From the NCBI GenBank assembly GCA_002952755.1, contig CP025011.1:210001-242000 (forward strand): a stretch of DNA of 32,000 nt. The letters are read 5' to 3'. The DNA is from Candidatus Saccharimonadota bacterium. Its GTDB lineage: Bacteria; Patescibacteriota; Saccharimonadia; Saccharimonadales; UBA4665. Positions 1 through 8,255 of this stretch are shown in pieces. Position 1 is the first letter of the stretch. Each line of letters begins with the position of its first letter. The notes under the pieces are model-generated. The model did not search any database and was not told the DNA's origin. It saw only the letters and a list, made by a program, of their open reading frames with translations. The position numbers and the translations under genes were made by a program.

Positions 1-933
1 AAAGATTTGCCAGGATGGCATGGAGGTGTCTTGCGTATCCGGTGTGATTGCTGTTTCATTGCTACCGTCGGTATTGATGCCATAGATGCGCTGGAAACTG
101 CCGCCGCCAAAGCCATCATAAATCAGCTTCGTGCCATCCGGCGACCAGCCCACATTGCGATTGTCGTAATTAACGCTGGACAACGTATGCATATTGCTGC
201 CATTAGCGTCCATAACCGTTAGATGGTGGTCGTAGGGGTGAATATTGGCAGTGAAGGCAATTTGCGTGCCATCCGGCGACCAGGCACCGGTATCGTGATC
301 TTGAGCGTCAGACGTAAGAGCCGAAGGGCTTGCCCCGTCGGCATTCACCAGACAAAGCTGGTCGTAGGTGCCGTCCGGACAGGTATAGAGCAACTGCATT
401 CCATTTGGGTTCCAGGCGGGTGACATGTCACCATTTGCACCGTTGGTAATCTTGGTGCGATTGCTGCCATTGGCATCCATCGTGTAAATGTAGCTTAGGC
501 TGGAATTGTCATCGGCATGGGTGAACGCCAGCTTGGCGCCATCCGGCGACCACTTTGGCTCGATATTGAAGGTGTTGTCGCTAGTAAGGTTTACTTGGTC
601 GGTGCCATCAGCGTACATAACGAAAATTTGTACATTGCCATCGTTATTCGGATCGGCAGCAAAGACTATCTTGCTTCCATCCGGCGACCAGGACGGCTCT
701 ACGCTGCCAAAACTATTGTGTGTAAGCTGCTGCTCATCGGAACCGTCGGCGTTGCTCGAATATATCTGGGCGATTGAGGAATTATCGGCGTGCACGTACG
801 CGATTCTGCCGTTACTGCTGCCATAGGCGTGACGGGGCTGCCGCTGTGTAAGGGCGGCAAAAGAAAGTATTACAATAACTCCCACCAGGAGCATTTTGTA
901 CAGAATAGCTTTGTAGTTGGCTATTTTGCTCAT
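1..933 (-). CDS. TolB-like beta-propeller (PD40 repeat) protein with N-terminal signal anchor; 3' end runs off the window
   Basis: It is absent from the ORF track because it has no in-window stop. The reverse complement from the ATG (cat at 931-933) reads MSKIANYKAILYKMLLVGVIVILSFAAL..., followed by repeated ...WSPDG... blades. The 14-mer ccatccggcgacca (reverse complement encodes W-S-P-D-G) starts at 134, 269, 539 and 677. Confidence 0.8.
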   Translation of the reverse strand, partial: MSKIANYKAILYKMLLVGVIVILSFAALTQRQPRHAYGSSNGRIAYVHADNSSIAQIYSSNADGSDEQQLTHNSFGSVEPSWSPDGSKIVFAADPNNDGNVQIFVMYADGTDQVNLTSDNTFNIEPKWSPDGAKLAFTHADDNSSLSYIYTMDANGSNRTKITNGANGDMSPAWNPNGMQLLYTCPDGTYDQLCLVNADGASPSALTSDAQDHDTGAWSPDGTQIAFTANIHPYDHHLTVMDANGSNMHTLSSVNYDNRNVGWSPDGTKLIYDGFGGGSFQRIYGINTDGSNETAITPDTQDTSMPSWQIF

Positions 934-1014
934 GCTTATATCTACTATACAGCCACAATCGCTCGTGAGTAAATGCGATCGTGACGAGTCTATCTGATGG
1001 CAGTGGTACGGCAA

Positions 1015-2202
1015 CTACGCCATAGAAGGTGCCTGGGCCTCTTGGCGAGCCCTTACGCGTGCGAGTAGTATGGCCTGTACTTCGTCGGGCCGAATGGTAT
1101 GCTCCTCGGCTAAAGACTCATCATTCAGATCCCGGTAGCGGGAATCGACTCTATACCAACGCTGGCCAAAACGGTCATTACTCCCTCGAAGCCGTTCTGT
1201 ATATAGGCGTTCGTGCTGTACGATATCCGGGGTTTCTCCGTCGTCGACGTATACTATAACAGCATTACGCGATTCAGCGGTGCGTAGCAGTTGCGCAAGC
1301 ATAGGTAACTTCCCCCGCGTCCATACATCAAGAGTGCCTAGGAACTCAGTAACTGCTGTAATAGTTTCCGATTCCGGCGGTGTCACACCTTGCAGCAAGT
1401 AGTTGCGCAGGTTTTGTAGCCGTGAGTAGAGGGCTTGTTGGTCTGGGACGTCGAGGTTGAGGCTTGGGAAGTCGGGTTTTAGAATCGATAATATGTTGTA
1501 CGCTTCTTCGAGCGATGGATCGTGTTCGAGCGAATGTTCCGCGTCTACTTCATCATCCAAGCGGGTACTGAGCGCCAGCTCATGATCTACTAAGTGACCT
1601 CCGGCATCCGGCATGGTTCTTTCTATAGCTGCCGAAGCAAATAGTATGTTGCTTTTGGGCCGAGTCGAAAAGGGTACGACACTTAGGGTGCGGGAGCCTA
1701 GGACATTTGCCCATTGCAAATTAGCCCTCTCCCTCGCAACTTCTAATGCAAACGGAAGGCTCGGCCGCAGAATGACTAATTTCCTGGTGTCGTAATCTTC
1801 TGCAAGCGGCATGATAGAACCGTCAAAGTCGAATAACGCTTCAACATTAGATTCAGGATGGTCGTGAGCGGCCCGACTAACCAGTCGAGTTAGAATGTCG
1901 CTGAAGTAGTATTCACTTAATACCGATTCTGCCACCACTTTATCTACCTGTTGTTCGAGCCAGTCGCGAACTCCAGCGGGCGTCCCCCCATCCTTCAGAC
2001 GTTTTTCTACAAAGCTCTGTACAGGTCTAACAGGGATACCATCGTCTATGGTGGCCTGATTGACACGGTCGATAGAGGCGACCATGCTATCATCAATAGC
2101 CTTACCCAACCTAAGCTCTTTGAGGCGTTCTATAACCTCGTCCGTGTGATGGACTTCAGTTAGTGGCGACCTGTCTAGAACTGCCGTGCCGATAATTTCC
2201 AT
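1015..2202 (-). CDS. hypothetical acidic protein (~395 aa), no recognisable motif
   Basis: This is a long ORF (track 1015..2241). I prefer the internal ATG at 2202 (MEIIGTAV...) because TGtTATAGT lies 6 nt upstream of it and TTGCGT lies 17 nt further upstream. Confidence 0.6.
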   Translation of the reverse strand: MEIIGTAVLDRSPLTEVHHTDEVIERLKELRLGKAIDDSMVASIDRVNQATIDDGIPVRPVQSFVEKRLKDGGTPAGVRDWLEQQVDKVVAESVLSEYYFSDILTRLVSRAAHDHPESNVEALFDFDGSIMPLAEDYDTRKLVILRPSLPFALEVARERANLQWANVLGSRTLSVVPFSTRPKSNILFASAAIERTMPDAGGHLVDHELALSTRLDDEVDAEHSLEHDPSLEEAYNILSILKPDFPSLNLDVPDQQALYSRLQNLRNYLLQGVTPPESETITAVTEFLGTLDVWTRGKLPMLAQLLRTAESRNAVIVYVDDGETPDIVQHERLYTERLRGSNDRFGQRWYRVDSRYRDLNDESLAEEHTIRPDEVQAILLARVRARQEAQAPSMA

Positions 2203-2208
2203 CGAGCT

Positions 2209-2237
2209 ACTATAACACACTATTCTAGTTGACGCAA
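2209..2237 (-). promoter_or_regulatory. promoter with leaderless geometry for the 1015-2202 gene
   Basis: The minus strand reads TTGCGT (2232-2237), a 17-nt spacer, TGtTATAGT (2209-2217), agctcg, then ATG (2202). Confidence 0.5.
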
Positions 2238-2282
2238 CCATTAGCGTACATCTAGCGTGTCATATGTTAAAGCATACACCAC

Positions 2283-2705
2283 CTATGGACTAAGCTGGGC
2301 TAGAGCCTCTATACGACTCAACTCTTGGAGTAGCGCTTCAACATTTGGAAGTAACCTCTCTTTGCGAGCTTCCTCGATACTGAAGAAGCGGAGCTCCTGG
2401 CATTCGTCGGAAGGCGTGAAGTCGAGATCCTTGAGTGTTACTTTATAGAGCGCGTTAGCCATATATACATCCAGACGTGGTTTCTTGGCGGTTATAAAGT
2501 AGACAGGGGCAGGCGAAATGTCGGTTACGGTGAGACCTGTCTCTTCGATAATTTCGCGTCTGAGTGCTGTCAAGGGGTGCTCACCATGATCAAGACCGCC
2601 GCCTAAGAGGTCCCAGGTGTCTCCCTCCCTGGCCAGTAAGAATTTTCCATTGGCATCGGTAATGAAGGCTTTTACACTCACACGATAAAAGCACGGTTCA
2701 TTCAT
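2283..2705 (-). CDS. Nudix hydrolase
   Basis: It carries the Nudix box GGGLDHGEHPLTALRREIIEETGL (GX5EX7REUXEEXGU). I chose the start at ATG 2705 (MNEPCFYRV...). The longer track ORF would overlap the upstream gene. Confidence 0.85.
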   Translation of the reverse strand: MNEPCFYRVSVKAFITDANGKFLLAREGDTWDLLGGGLDHGEHPLTALRREIIEETGLTVTDISPAPVYFITAKKPRLDVYMANALYKVTLKDLDFTPSDECQELRFFSIEEARKERLLPNVEALLQELSRIEALAQLSP

Positions 2706-2711
2706 GTCGAA

Positions 2712-2720
2712 AGTATAGCA
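2712..2720 (-). promoter_or_regulatory. extended -10 box, leaderless geometry
   Basis: The reverse complement reads tTGcTATACT, ttcgac, then ATG (2705). Confidence 0.45.
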
Positions 2721-2733
2721 AATCGTCGACGGC

Positions 2734-3597
2734 TTATAGAGCTTCTTGCTTTCTATGCCAAACCACAGTATGTAGGCCGCCAGTCGCCATTTGCGCAAAG
2801 AGTTCCTGAGCTTCATACAAGCTCTTTATGTCCCCTGGTTGAACCTTCGCCTCTCTTAACGCGATCTTTGTAAGGGTGGCTCCGGCTATTTCGCGTGCGT
2901 TGTAAAAGGCTCGGCTTCTTTCCGGGAGTGGGCCATATCTGCCACCACCCCTCCTATTAAGTTGGTCGCGTATACGCGTACCGAAAATGCGATTCGGGGC
3001 AACACCGGTGGCGGCCTCTAGGATGGCGCCAACGCGCACTGCTTGCCGGCCGGCCAGGATCTGAATACCGTGGTGGGGGTCGTCTCGGAGCTGGCCCAGA
3101 TCGAAGCAGTCGTTTTCAAGGGCGCCAATGACGTCGCCAAACGTATCTTTGGATTGGTCGTAGACTCTGACGATTTTATTAACCTCTTGTTCACTGTGAC
3201 CGCATCGATCAGCAATCATTGGTTTGCCGCGCCTAGAGCCTTGTAGGAGGGCATATTGTAGCGGCTCCGCCATTTTCGTCGCTTCGCCTTTGCCTGGTGC
3301 GGGTGCGAGACTCTCTCCTGCGCTGGTAATCCATCTAGCTGCTGTGCCGGGGTATCCAGCGCTAAAGACGGCAGAGGTATGAAAGCCGCTCCTGAATATG
3401 TCTGCTGCCGCCTGGGCTCGTTGATCGGAGCGTTCAGCAAGTCTATACGTAAAGGAAAGGTTGTTATACCCGCCATTTGGATCGTATTCGTCGCGCGGAA
3501 GGAAGGTTTCCTGAATGTATGACGAACCACCCGGGATAAACAATGTTAGGGAATGGATATCCTGAGGTGGGGAGGTGTTAGGGCCGAGGCGCAGCAT
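2734..3597 (-). CDS. hypothetical protein, possibly YdcF/DUF218-like
   Basis: The ORF spans 2734..3603 (GTG at 3603 or ATG at 3597). The loose pattern LFIPGGS ... SAVFSAGYPG ... DQSKDTFGDV ... HHGIQILAGRQAVRV resembles the DUF218 layout. This call is from memory and has not been profile-checked. Confidence 0.45.
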   Translation of the reverse strand: MLRLGPNTSPPQDIHSLTLFIPGGSSYIQETFLPRDEYDPNGGYNNLSFTYRLAERSDQRAQAAADIFRSGFHTSAVFSAGYPGTAARWITSAGESLAPAPGKGEATKMAEPLQYALLQGSRRGKPMIADRCGHSEQEVNKIVRVYDQSKDTFGDVIGALENDCFDLGQLRDDPHHGIQILAGRQAVRVGAILEAATGVAPNRIFGTRIRDQLNRRGGGRYGPLPERSRAFYNAREIAGATLTKIALREAKVQPGDIKSLYEAQELFAQMATGGLHTVVWHRKQEAL

Positions 3598-3638
3598 AAG
3601 CACCGTATTATGACGATGATGAGCTGGCTGAGCAAGAG

Positions 3639-4184
3639 CTATGAGTAAAAATGCTTTATGAGGTTCAGTAGCTCTGGGAACTCGGTCCGCTCGATAAAGT
3701 GTTTGCCATGGTGAATCTCAAGCCGTTCAGCGTTGAGCTGATCGGCAATGAAGCTAAACTCGTGTTGGGGGATGTAAGGATCGTCGTCACCCCACACCAC
3801 GGCGATGTTGCTCTGATTGGCTCTGATCCTCTCCCAATCCCATGATTTGTCGTAATAGCCGCTTTGTTTTTCCAATTCGTCGCCCCCAAGATCGGTATAA
3901 CTAGGGGATACCAAGATTGAGCCGCGGATCTTGTTGTCTTCAGCATAGCGCATCGCGGCTACGGCGCCTGAAGACCAGCCGATAACGACATCGTGCTGAC
4001 CAACGCGCACATGATCTCTTAAAAACGGCAGCCAGAATGTGGCACGAGCAATGATCGAGTCGGGCATTGTTTCAAAGAACGTTTCAAAGCCCAGCCGCTC
4101 AAGCTCAGCCTTGAGCCATGGCGCCCATCCGAACGACCAGTGGGTTGTTTCGTTCCCGTGGACAAAGACAAAACGGGGCTTCAT
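3639..4184 (-). CDS. alpha/beta serine hydrolase, YdeN/RBBP9 family
   Basis: The evidence is the ~180-aa size, the FVHG start, a GWSSG nucleophile elbow (GxSxG), and the later D and H (DDDPYIP, HHGKHF). Its ATG overlaps the HepT stop codon (ATGA at 4181-4184). Confidence 0.75.
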   Translation of the reverse strand: MKPRFVFVHGNETTHWSFGWAPWLKAELERLGFETFFETMPDSIIARATFWLPFLRDHVRVGQHDVVIGWSSGAVAAMRYAEDNKIRGSILVSPSYTDLGGDELEKQSGYYDKSWDWERIRANQSNIAVVWGDDDPYIPQHEFSFIADQLNAERLEIHHGKHFIERTEFPELLNLIKHFYS

Positions 4185-4516
4185 GCAATCAACCGTGTAA
4201 TTTCAGTTGTGAAGGTGCCTAACTTGTGAGTAACAATGTCCCAAATGATTTCAAAGTCGATTTCGCGGTAGCCATGAGAGATGATGTTGCGAAGCCCGAT
4301 GAGCTTATGCCATTCATCCGAGCCATTCAGTTTATAGAAATCCGGAAATTTATCGCGGATACGAACAAGCTGTTCGCCTATATCTTGCAAGCGCATAAGC
4401 GTAGCGTCTTGCGCGTTCGGATCCTGCATAAAAGTCGTCTTATCTTTTGGTGTATAAGTCTGAATAACCCTCAGGGTATCTAGGATGGAGTTGAGATTTG
4501 GCTTGGGCTCGCTCAT
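4181..4516 (-). CDS. hepT: HepT-type HEPN toxin (DUF86)
   Basis: It has the RNIISHGY motif (Rx4HxY HEPN motif) and is 111 aa. It lies directly downstream of a minimal nucleotidyltransferase. Confidence 0.85.
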   Translation of the reverse strand: MSEPKPNLNSILDTLRVIQTYTPKDKTTFMQDPNAQDATLMRLQDIGEQLVRIRDKFPDFYKLNGSDEWHKLIGLRNIISHGYREIDFEIIWDIVTHKLGTFTTEITRLIA

Positions 4517-4521
4517 TTCTG

Positions 4522-4812
4522 TTACAGGATGTTTACTAGTTCGGATCTGATATAAGGCTCGAAATGATGATTCAATCGTGTAGCAATATCTGCCCTCACT
4601 GCATAACGTTCTTCAAGTTCATACTGTAGTCTACCTAAATCGAGATAGGTTTTCCCCTCAGCTAATTCCACGAGCAAGTCCAGGTCACTTGTTGGCGTTG
4701 CCTGGCCCCGTGCGTAACTACCAAAAATAGATGCCGTTTTCACGCCGTTTTCGCGCAACATAGCACGCAGCTCATCAATCGGAATAGGAAGTTGTAATTC
4801 ACTAGCGACCAT
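4522..4812 (-). CDS. mntA: MNT-type minimal nucleotidyltransferase antitoxin
   Basis: It has GSYARGQATPTSDLDLLVE (the GSx10DxD nucleotidyltransferase motif) and is 96 aa. A 5-nt gap separates it from hepT. Confidence 0.85.
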   Translation of the reverse strand: MVASELQLPIPIDELRAMLRENGVKTASIFGSYARGQATPTSDLDLLVELAEGKTYLDLGRLQYELEERYAVRADIATRLNHHFEPYIRSELVNIL

Positions 4813-4819
4813 GCATATA

Positions 4820-4828
4820 AGTATACCA
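4820..4828 (-). promoter_or_regulatory. extended -10 box, leaderless geometry
   Basis: The reverse complement reads tTGgTATACT, tatatgc, then ATG (4812). Confidence 0.45.
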
Positions 4829-4831
4829 AAA

Positions 4832-5079
4832 TTAGAAAAAGCGGTTGATAACCTGCTCTAAGCCATCAGTTACTTGATTGGAGTGGCGTTTGATGAGCTC
4901 TTTCACTCTTGCGACTTCCATCCATTCGACGGCGGCCACTTCTTCTGGGAGGAGTGGGAACACGGGTAAAGGGTCGTGAACGATGAGTGTGAAAGGCCTT
5001 CCCGCCAGGCCTGTTGTTTTGAGGCGCTGCCACTCGGGTTATTCTGTTCGTCAACAATTTGAATAGGGAGGTCAGACAT
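4832..5079 (-). pseudogene. decayed Nudix hydrolase (frameshift plus loss of the Nudix-box core)
   Basis: The frame from ATG 5079 reads MSDLPIQIVDEQNNPSGSASKQQAWREGLSH and then stops. A second frame continues ...LIVHDPLPVFPLLPEEVAAVEWMEVARVKELIKRHSNQVTDGLEQVINRFF*. These resemble the N- and C-terminal ends of a Nudix enzyme, with the ~90-aa catalytic middle missing and a frame change near 4985. Confidence 0.45.
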
Positions 5080-5086
5080 ACCTTTT

Positions 5087-5095
5087 ATGATACCA
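5087..5095 (-). promoter_or_regulatory. extended -10 box retained upstream of the Nudix remnant
   Basis: The reverse complement reads cTGgTATCAT, aaaaggt, then ATG (5079). Confidence 0.35.
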
Positions 5096-5179
5096 GAAGC
5101 TACAGCTTCCTCATGCCCGGCTTCATTCGCTACCCGGGAAGCATGTATTGGCGCAAAAGTCCTGAGCCGAGGAGGTGAG

Positions 5180-5680
5180 CTAGGCTATTTTGAAGGCGTG
5201 CTTGGGCGGTTCATGGTACGTCGCCAGCAGTTCGGCGCATTCGGCTTCGAGCACGCCGCCACTGACTTTCATGGTGAGATTTTCCCGTAAATTCATGCGT
5301 TTGCCCTCTTGCTCGTCGCTAAAATCGCCTTTAATATCGAACAACGTTTCGTCCACATTTTTGCGGTACGCTCCAAAGAATATCTGGGGAACACGTGCCC
5401 AGGCCGCGGCGCTCAAACACATATGGCAGGGCTCCAGGGTACTAAAAAGAATAAGCCCGGATAGGTCGTCAGTGCTGCGCAACTTTGCAGCAGTCCGGAT
5501 GGCGGTGATTTCGGCATGGGCGGTCGGGTCCTTACTGATTCTCACCTGGCTGCCACCGGTTGCAACAACTTCTCCAGTGGCAGCATCCACTAGCACCGCG
5601 CCAATTGCCACGCCGCCATTTTTACTACTATCCATGGCGGCTTGTATTGCTATCTTCATGTACGCTTCACGTTGCTGCAT
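5180..5680 (-). CDS. CDA-fold nucleoside/nucleotide deaminase (TadA/guanine deaminase family)
   Basis: It has the zinc motifs HAEITAI and TLEPCHMCLSA (H[AC]E ... PCxxC). Confidence 0.85.
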   Translation of the reverse strand: MQQREAYMKIAIQAAMDSSKNGGVAIGAVLVDAATGEVVATGGSQVRISKDPTAHAEITAIRTAAKLRSTDDLSGLILFSTLEPCHMCLSAAAWARVPQIFFGAYRKNVDETLFDIKGDFSDEQEGKRMNLRENLTMKVSGGVLEAECAELLATYHEPPKHAFKIA

Positions 5681-5686
5681 AAAAAC

Positions 5687-5695
5687 ATCATAGCA
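5687..5695 (-). promoter_or_regulatory. extended -10 box, leaderless geometry
   Basis: The reverse complement reads tTGcTATGAT, gttttt, then ATG (5680). Confidence 0.45.
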
Positions 5696-5737
5696 AAAGC
5701 TGGTGGACGTGCGCGATTTTAGAAGTCCGATAGGTCG

Positions 5738-6388
5738 TCACGGCTGAAACAGATACTTTGCTGCCAAGTTGGTTAGCTCTTCGCGAACAGCAACTAGCTC
5801 GAGTAGGTCAGGGAATTGCTCTCTTAAACGGGCAGCCCGTTCGACAAAATTTTGCAACAATTCATCCGGGTTTATATATGAGCGTAGTGTCGCTCCTTTG
5901 TCGGCAAAATGAACCAGGATAGGCGTCCACTTATCGACGATGCGCACGAAACGCGCCTCAGGGGTTTTCTGCGCCTCATATTGTTCGACAAGCTGCACAA
6001 AACGGGGCATTGCGGCAAAATCTTTCTTAAGCTGCGCAAGACCTGCGGCTTCCCTCAACGCTTTTTGTTCCAATTCTTGCTTGCTTATAATATGAGTGGC
6101 AGTGTCACCAGCGTACGCCTCGACGGCGTCATGAATCGTTGCAAATCGGCATATTAAATTAGCATCTAGATGAGGGTAATATAGCTCGGCAACGGCGGGC
6201 GCTACAAGTGCGAGCATGGCTGAATGCTCGGCGACATTTTCCGCTCTGCCGGTGATGTGGTTTACGAGCGTGCGTTCTTCGAGCGCCAGGCGTGACGACA
6301 GGGCGGCAAGTTGGAGGGCGGTTTGGGCAATATCTGAAGCGTCCGGTATAGTCGCTGGGAGTTGAAAAGTAGTATTCGAATGTTCCAT
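5738..6388 (-). CDS. HD-domain phosphohydrolase, YfbR-like 5'-deoxynucleotidase
   Basis: It has RAENVAEHS ... IHDAVEAYAGDT (the H...HD...D metal ligands in YfbR-like spacing). Confidence 0.75.
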   Translation of the reverse strand: MEHSNTTFQLPATIPDASDIAQTALQLAALSSRLALEERTLVNHITGRAENVAEHSAMLALVAPAVAELYYPHLDANLICRFATIHDAVEAYAGDTATHIISKQELEQKALREAAGLAQLKKDFAAMPRFVQLVEQYEAQKTPEARFVRIVDKWTPILVHFADKGATLRSYINPDELLQNFVERAARLREQFPDLLELVAVREELTNLAAKYLFQP

Positions 6389-6394
6389 GTCGTT

Positions 6395-6403
6395 ACTATA
6401 GCA
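6395..6403 (-). promoter_or_regulatory. extended -10 box, leaderless geometry
   Basis: The reverse complement reads tTGcTATAGT, aacgac, then ATG (6388). Confidence 0.45.
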
Positions 6404-6432
6404 AGGCTGTTGCTATATAAGTTAGTGCGCGG

Positions 6433-6975
6433 TCATTTGTGTTCGAGGAAGGCTTTTATCTGGTCGAAAGGCTTTATCGTCAGGTATGTTTTTTTATCGT
6501 CTGCTTGATTCATTTCGGCGCGGGTTTGTGTATAGCCCTGTGGGATGAACAGTTTGTCCCACCCGTAGCCATGCTCCCCTCTGGGGTTGTCGGCGATGAT
6601 GCCTTGCAGACTGCCTTCGAAGAATTCTAAAGTGGTGCCGTCATAATAGCCGAAGATACACCTTGCGGTAGCATTGCGGCTCAGGCCATCGAGGGTACGG
6701 CAGATGGTCTCAAACGGAACTTCGTCGACATAAAACCGGATGAACGTTCCAGGCAGTCGTCCCAAGGCCTCAAATTCCAACGAGACATCTTCGACGAGGA
6801 CGGGGCCGCCAATGATATCATAGGCTTGACGGACTTTGTGCTCTACTACGGTCTTCAGATCAAGTGATTGAATTTCGTCGAGGTCGATTTTTCGATGCTT
6901 CACCGGAAACCCAAGGTATTTTGCCAGGTGGTCGGCTTTGGCTTGATTGCCGGTAACAAAGGTGATGTCAGCCAT
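6433..6975 (-). CDS. non-canonical purine NTP pyrophosphatase (Ham1/RdgB ITPase family)
   Basis: The N-terminus ITFVTGNQAKADHL, and EIQSLDL ... VEDVSLEFEALGRLPGTFIRF, are typical of XTP/dITP diphosphatases. Confidence 0.85.
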   Translation of the reverse strand: MADITFVTGNQAKADHLAKYLGFPVKHRKIDLDEIQSLDLKTVVEHKVRQAYDIIGGPVLVEDVSLEFEALGRLPGTFIRFYVDEVPFETICRTLDGLSRNATARCIFGYYDGTTLEFFEGSLQGIIADNPRGEHGYGWDKLFIPQGYTQTRAEMNQADDKKTYLTIKPFDQIKAFLEHK

Positions 6976-6981
6976 GCAAGC

Positions 6982-6990
6982 AGTATAACA
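6982..6990 (-). promoter_or_regulatory. extended -10 box, leaderless geometry
   Basis: The reverse complement reads tTGtTATACT, gcttgc, then ATG (6975). Confidence 0.45.
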
Positions 6991-6999
6991 AAACCCTTC

Positions 7000-7425
7000 T
7001 TATAGCTCGGATCGGATTTTCATCCATATTTTACCCAAGTGATTCTCTCCCGTGCCGTTCTTACCGCGCCCCCAAAAGGTGTCAACAGGTGAATCTTCGG
7101 CTATGTCTTGATTGCCACTCTGCACCAAAGCATCACGTACCTCTTGGTGCTGCTCGAACTTGGCGCGAAGTATGGACTCCATAACTGCCAGCTTTTTCGC
7201 ATTCCAATGAGGATCTTTTGCGGACCCGTATGTTTGATTACTGATTTCTTTCGCCTGCAGCGGACTTTTTGCTGCCAGAATTTCTCTCTTGCCGCGCGGG
7301 TCGGTGCATTTGGCGGCTTGATAGGCGTGCTCGCTGGTGGGATATAGCACACCATTGATCTCTACGGCATTGGCGGAAAAATTATTTAGAACGTCATACC
7401 ATTGATTATAAAAATAGACTCCCAT
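7000..7425 (-). CDS. NADAR (YbiA/DUF1768) family protein
   Basis: It has LSNFS-like NNFSANAV, YPTSEHAYQAAK and DTFWGRGKNGTGENHLGKIWMKIR, which are NADAR hallmarks. Confidence 0.8.
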   Translation of the reverse strand: MGVYFYNQWYDVLNNFSANAVEINGVLYPTSEHAYQAAKCTDPRGKREILAAKSPLQAKEISNQTYGSAKDPHWNAKKLAVMESILRAKFEQHQEVRDALVQSGNQDIAEDSPVDTFWGRGKNGTGENHLGKIWMKIRSEL

Positions 7426-7434
7426 GGTATATTG

Positions 7435-8034
7435 CTAGTGGAATTTTTTGCCCGCGCTCAGCATGGTAATGGATGTTTCTATCCTTGCCCTTCTGGTCTC
7501 GGGTCTTTTGGCGGTAGTGATACGCCATAGGAATGAATATCGGTTTGTTTTGTTTAGCGATAGGAAGAAGGCTTTTGCAGCAGGATTGCGGTCGAGTTCG
7601 GCCTGAAAATCGGGAGGTACGCTCATCTGTGATGGTGATGCATAGGCCTGCTCCCATCTGCCGTCTTGCTTCGCAGCTTCAACTTCCCCTAGTCCGGATG
7701 GCTTCATTTTGCCTTGTTTAGTAAGGAGCGCCACCTTGTCGACATTTATTTTCGACCATACGCTCTTTGGCCGTCTTGGTGTGAATTTTTGCAAGAAAAA
7801 GGTATCATCGTATGATCGTTTTTGGCCGTCGATCCATCCGTAGCAGAGAGCGCTTTCGAGCGCTTGCTCATAAGTGATTGACTGCACGCCCGAAGCCTTT
7901 TTCGCTATCATAAGCCACACGCCTTTGGACTTAGCGTGTTGGAGCTCGAGCCATGCTTCCCAGGGTTTCTGGGAGTCAAACGGCAAAAGTGGTAGGTCGG
8001 CAAAGGTTTCCATAGTTTTGTGCAGGTAGGCCAT
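7435..8034 (-). CDS. YdeI/OmpD-associated (OmdA) family protein
   Basis: It has WEAWLELQHAKSKGVWLMIAKK ... CYGWIDGQKRSYDD ... FTPRRPKSVWSKINV and the C-terminal RRARIE helix. Confidence 0.75.
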   Translation of the reverse strand: MAYLHKTMETFADLPLLPFDSQKPWEAWLELQHAKSKGVWLMIAKKASGVQSITYEQALESALCYGWIDGQKRSYDDTFFLQKFTPRRPKSVWSKINVDKVALLTKQGKMKPSGLGEVEAAKQDGRWEQAYASPSQMSVPPDFQAELDRNPAAKAFFLSLNKTNRYSFLWRITTAKRPETRRARIETSITMLSAGKKFH

Positions 8035-8255
8035 CTATATACTATCAAATATGTAGAGAATCATTGTCACAGACATTGCTCTAAAATGGCCCCCATAAAC
8101 GATTTAATTATCGAACTGAGATAACCAGGAGAGTTACCTTAGGATAGTCCCTAGCATATTTCCCAAAATTTCAATTGAGGCAGTATCCGTATCGCTAGTT
8201 AGAATATAGTTTCTAGGGCAACTTAAGGAAACTCTTATTAAGCAATTCTAAGGTG

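Noticed and set aside
7-826. Plus-strand ORFs (7..222, 223..423, 506..826, 517..777) with a recurring AIRRP motif
   Set aside because: AIRRP is the antisense reading of the W-S-P-D-G blades of the minus-strand PD40 propeller gene. That gene has a proper start, a signal anchor and repeat structure. These ORFs are shadow ORFs.
4866-5057. 63-aa Arg/Pro-rich ORF from the track
   Set aside because: It is the third, meaningless frame across the decayed Nudix remnant. The two other frames carry the recognisable Nudix N- and C-terminal ends.
5190-5693. 167-aa plus-strand ORF almost exactly co-extensive with the deaminase gene
   Set aside because: The minus frame carries the HAE/PCxxC zinc motifs. 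The plus frame is Ser/Ala/Pro-rich with no motif. It is an antisense shadow.
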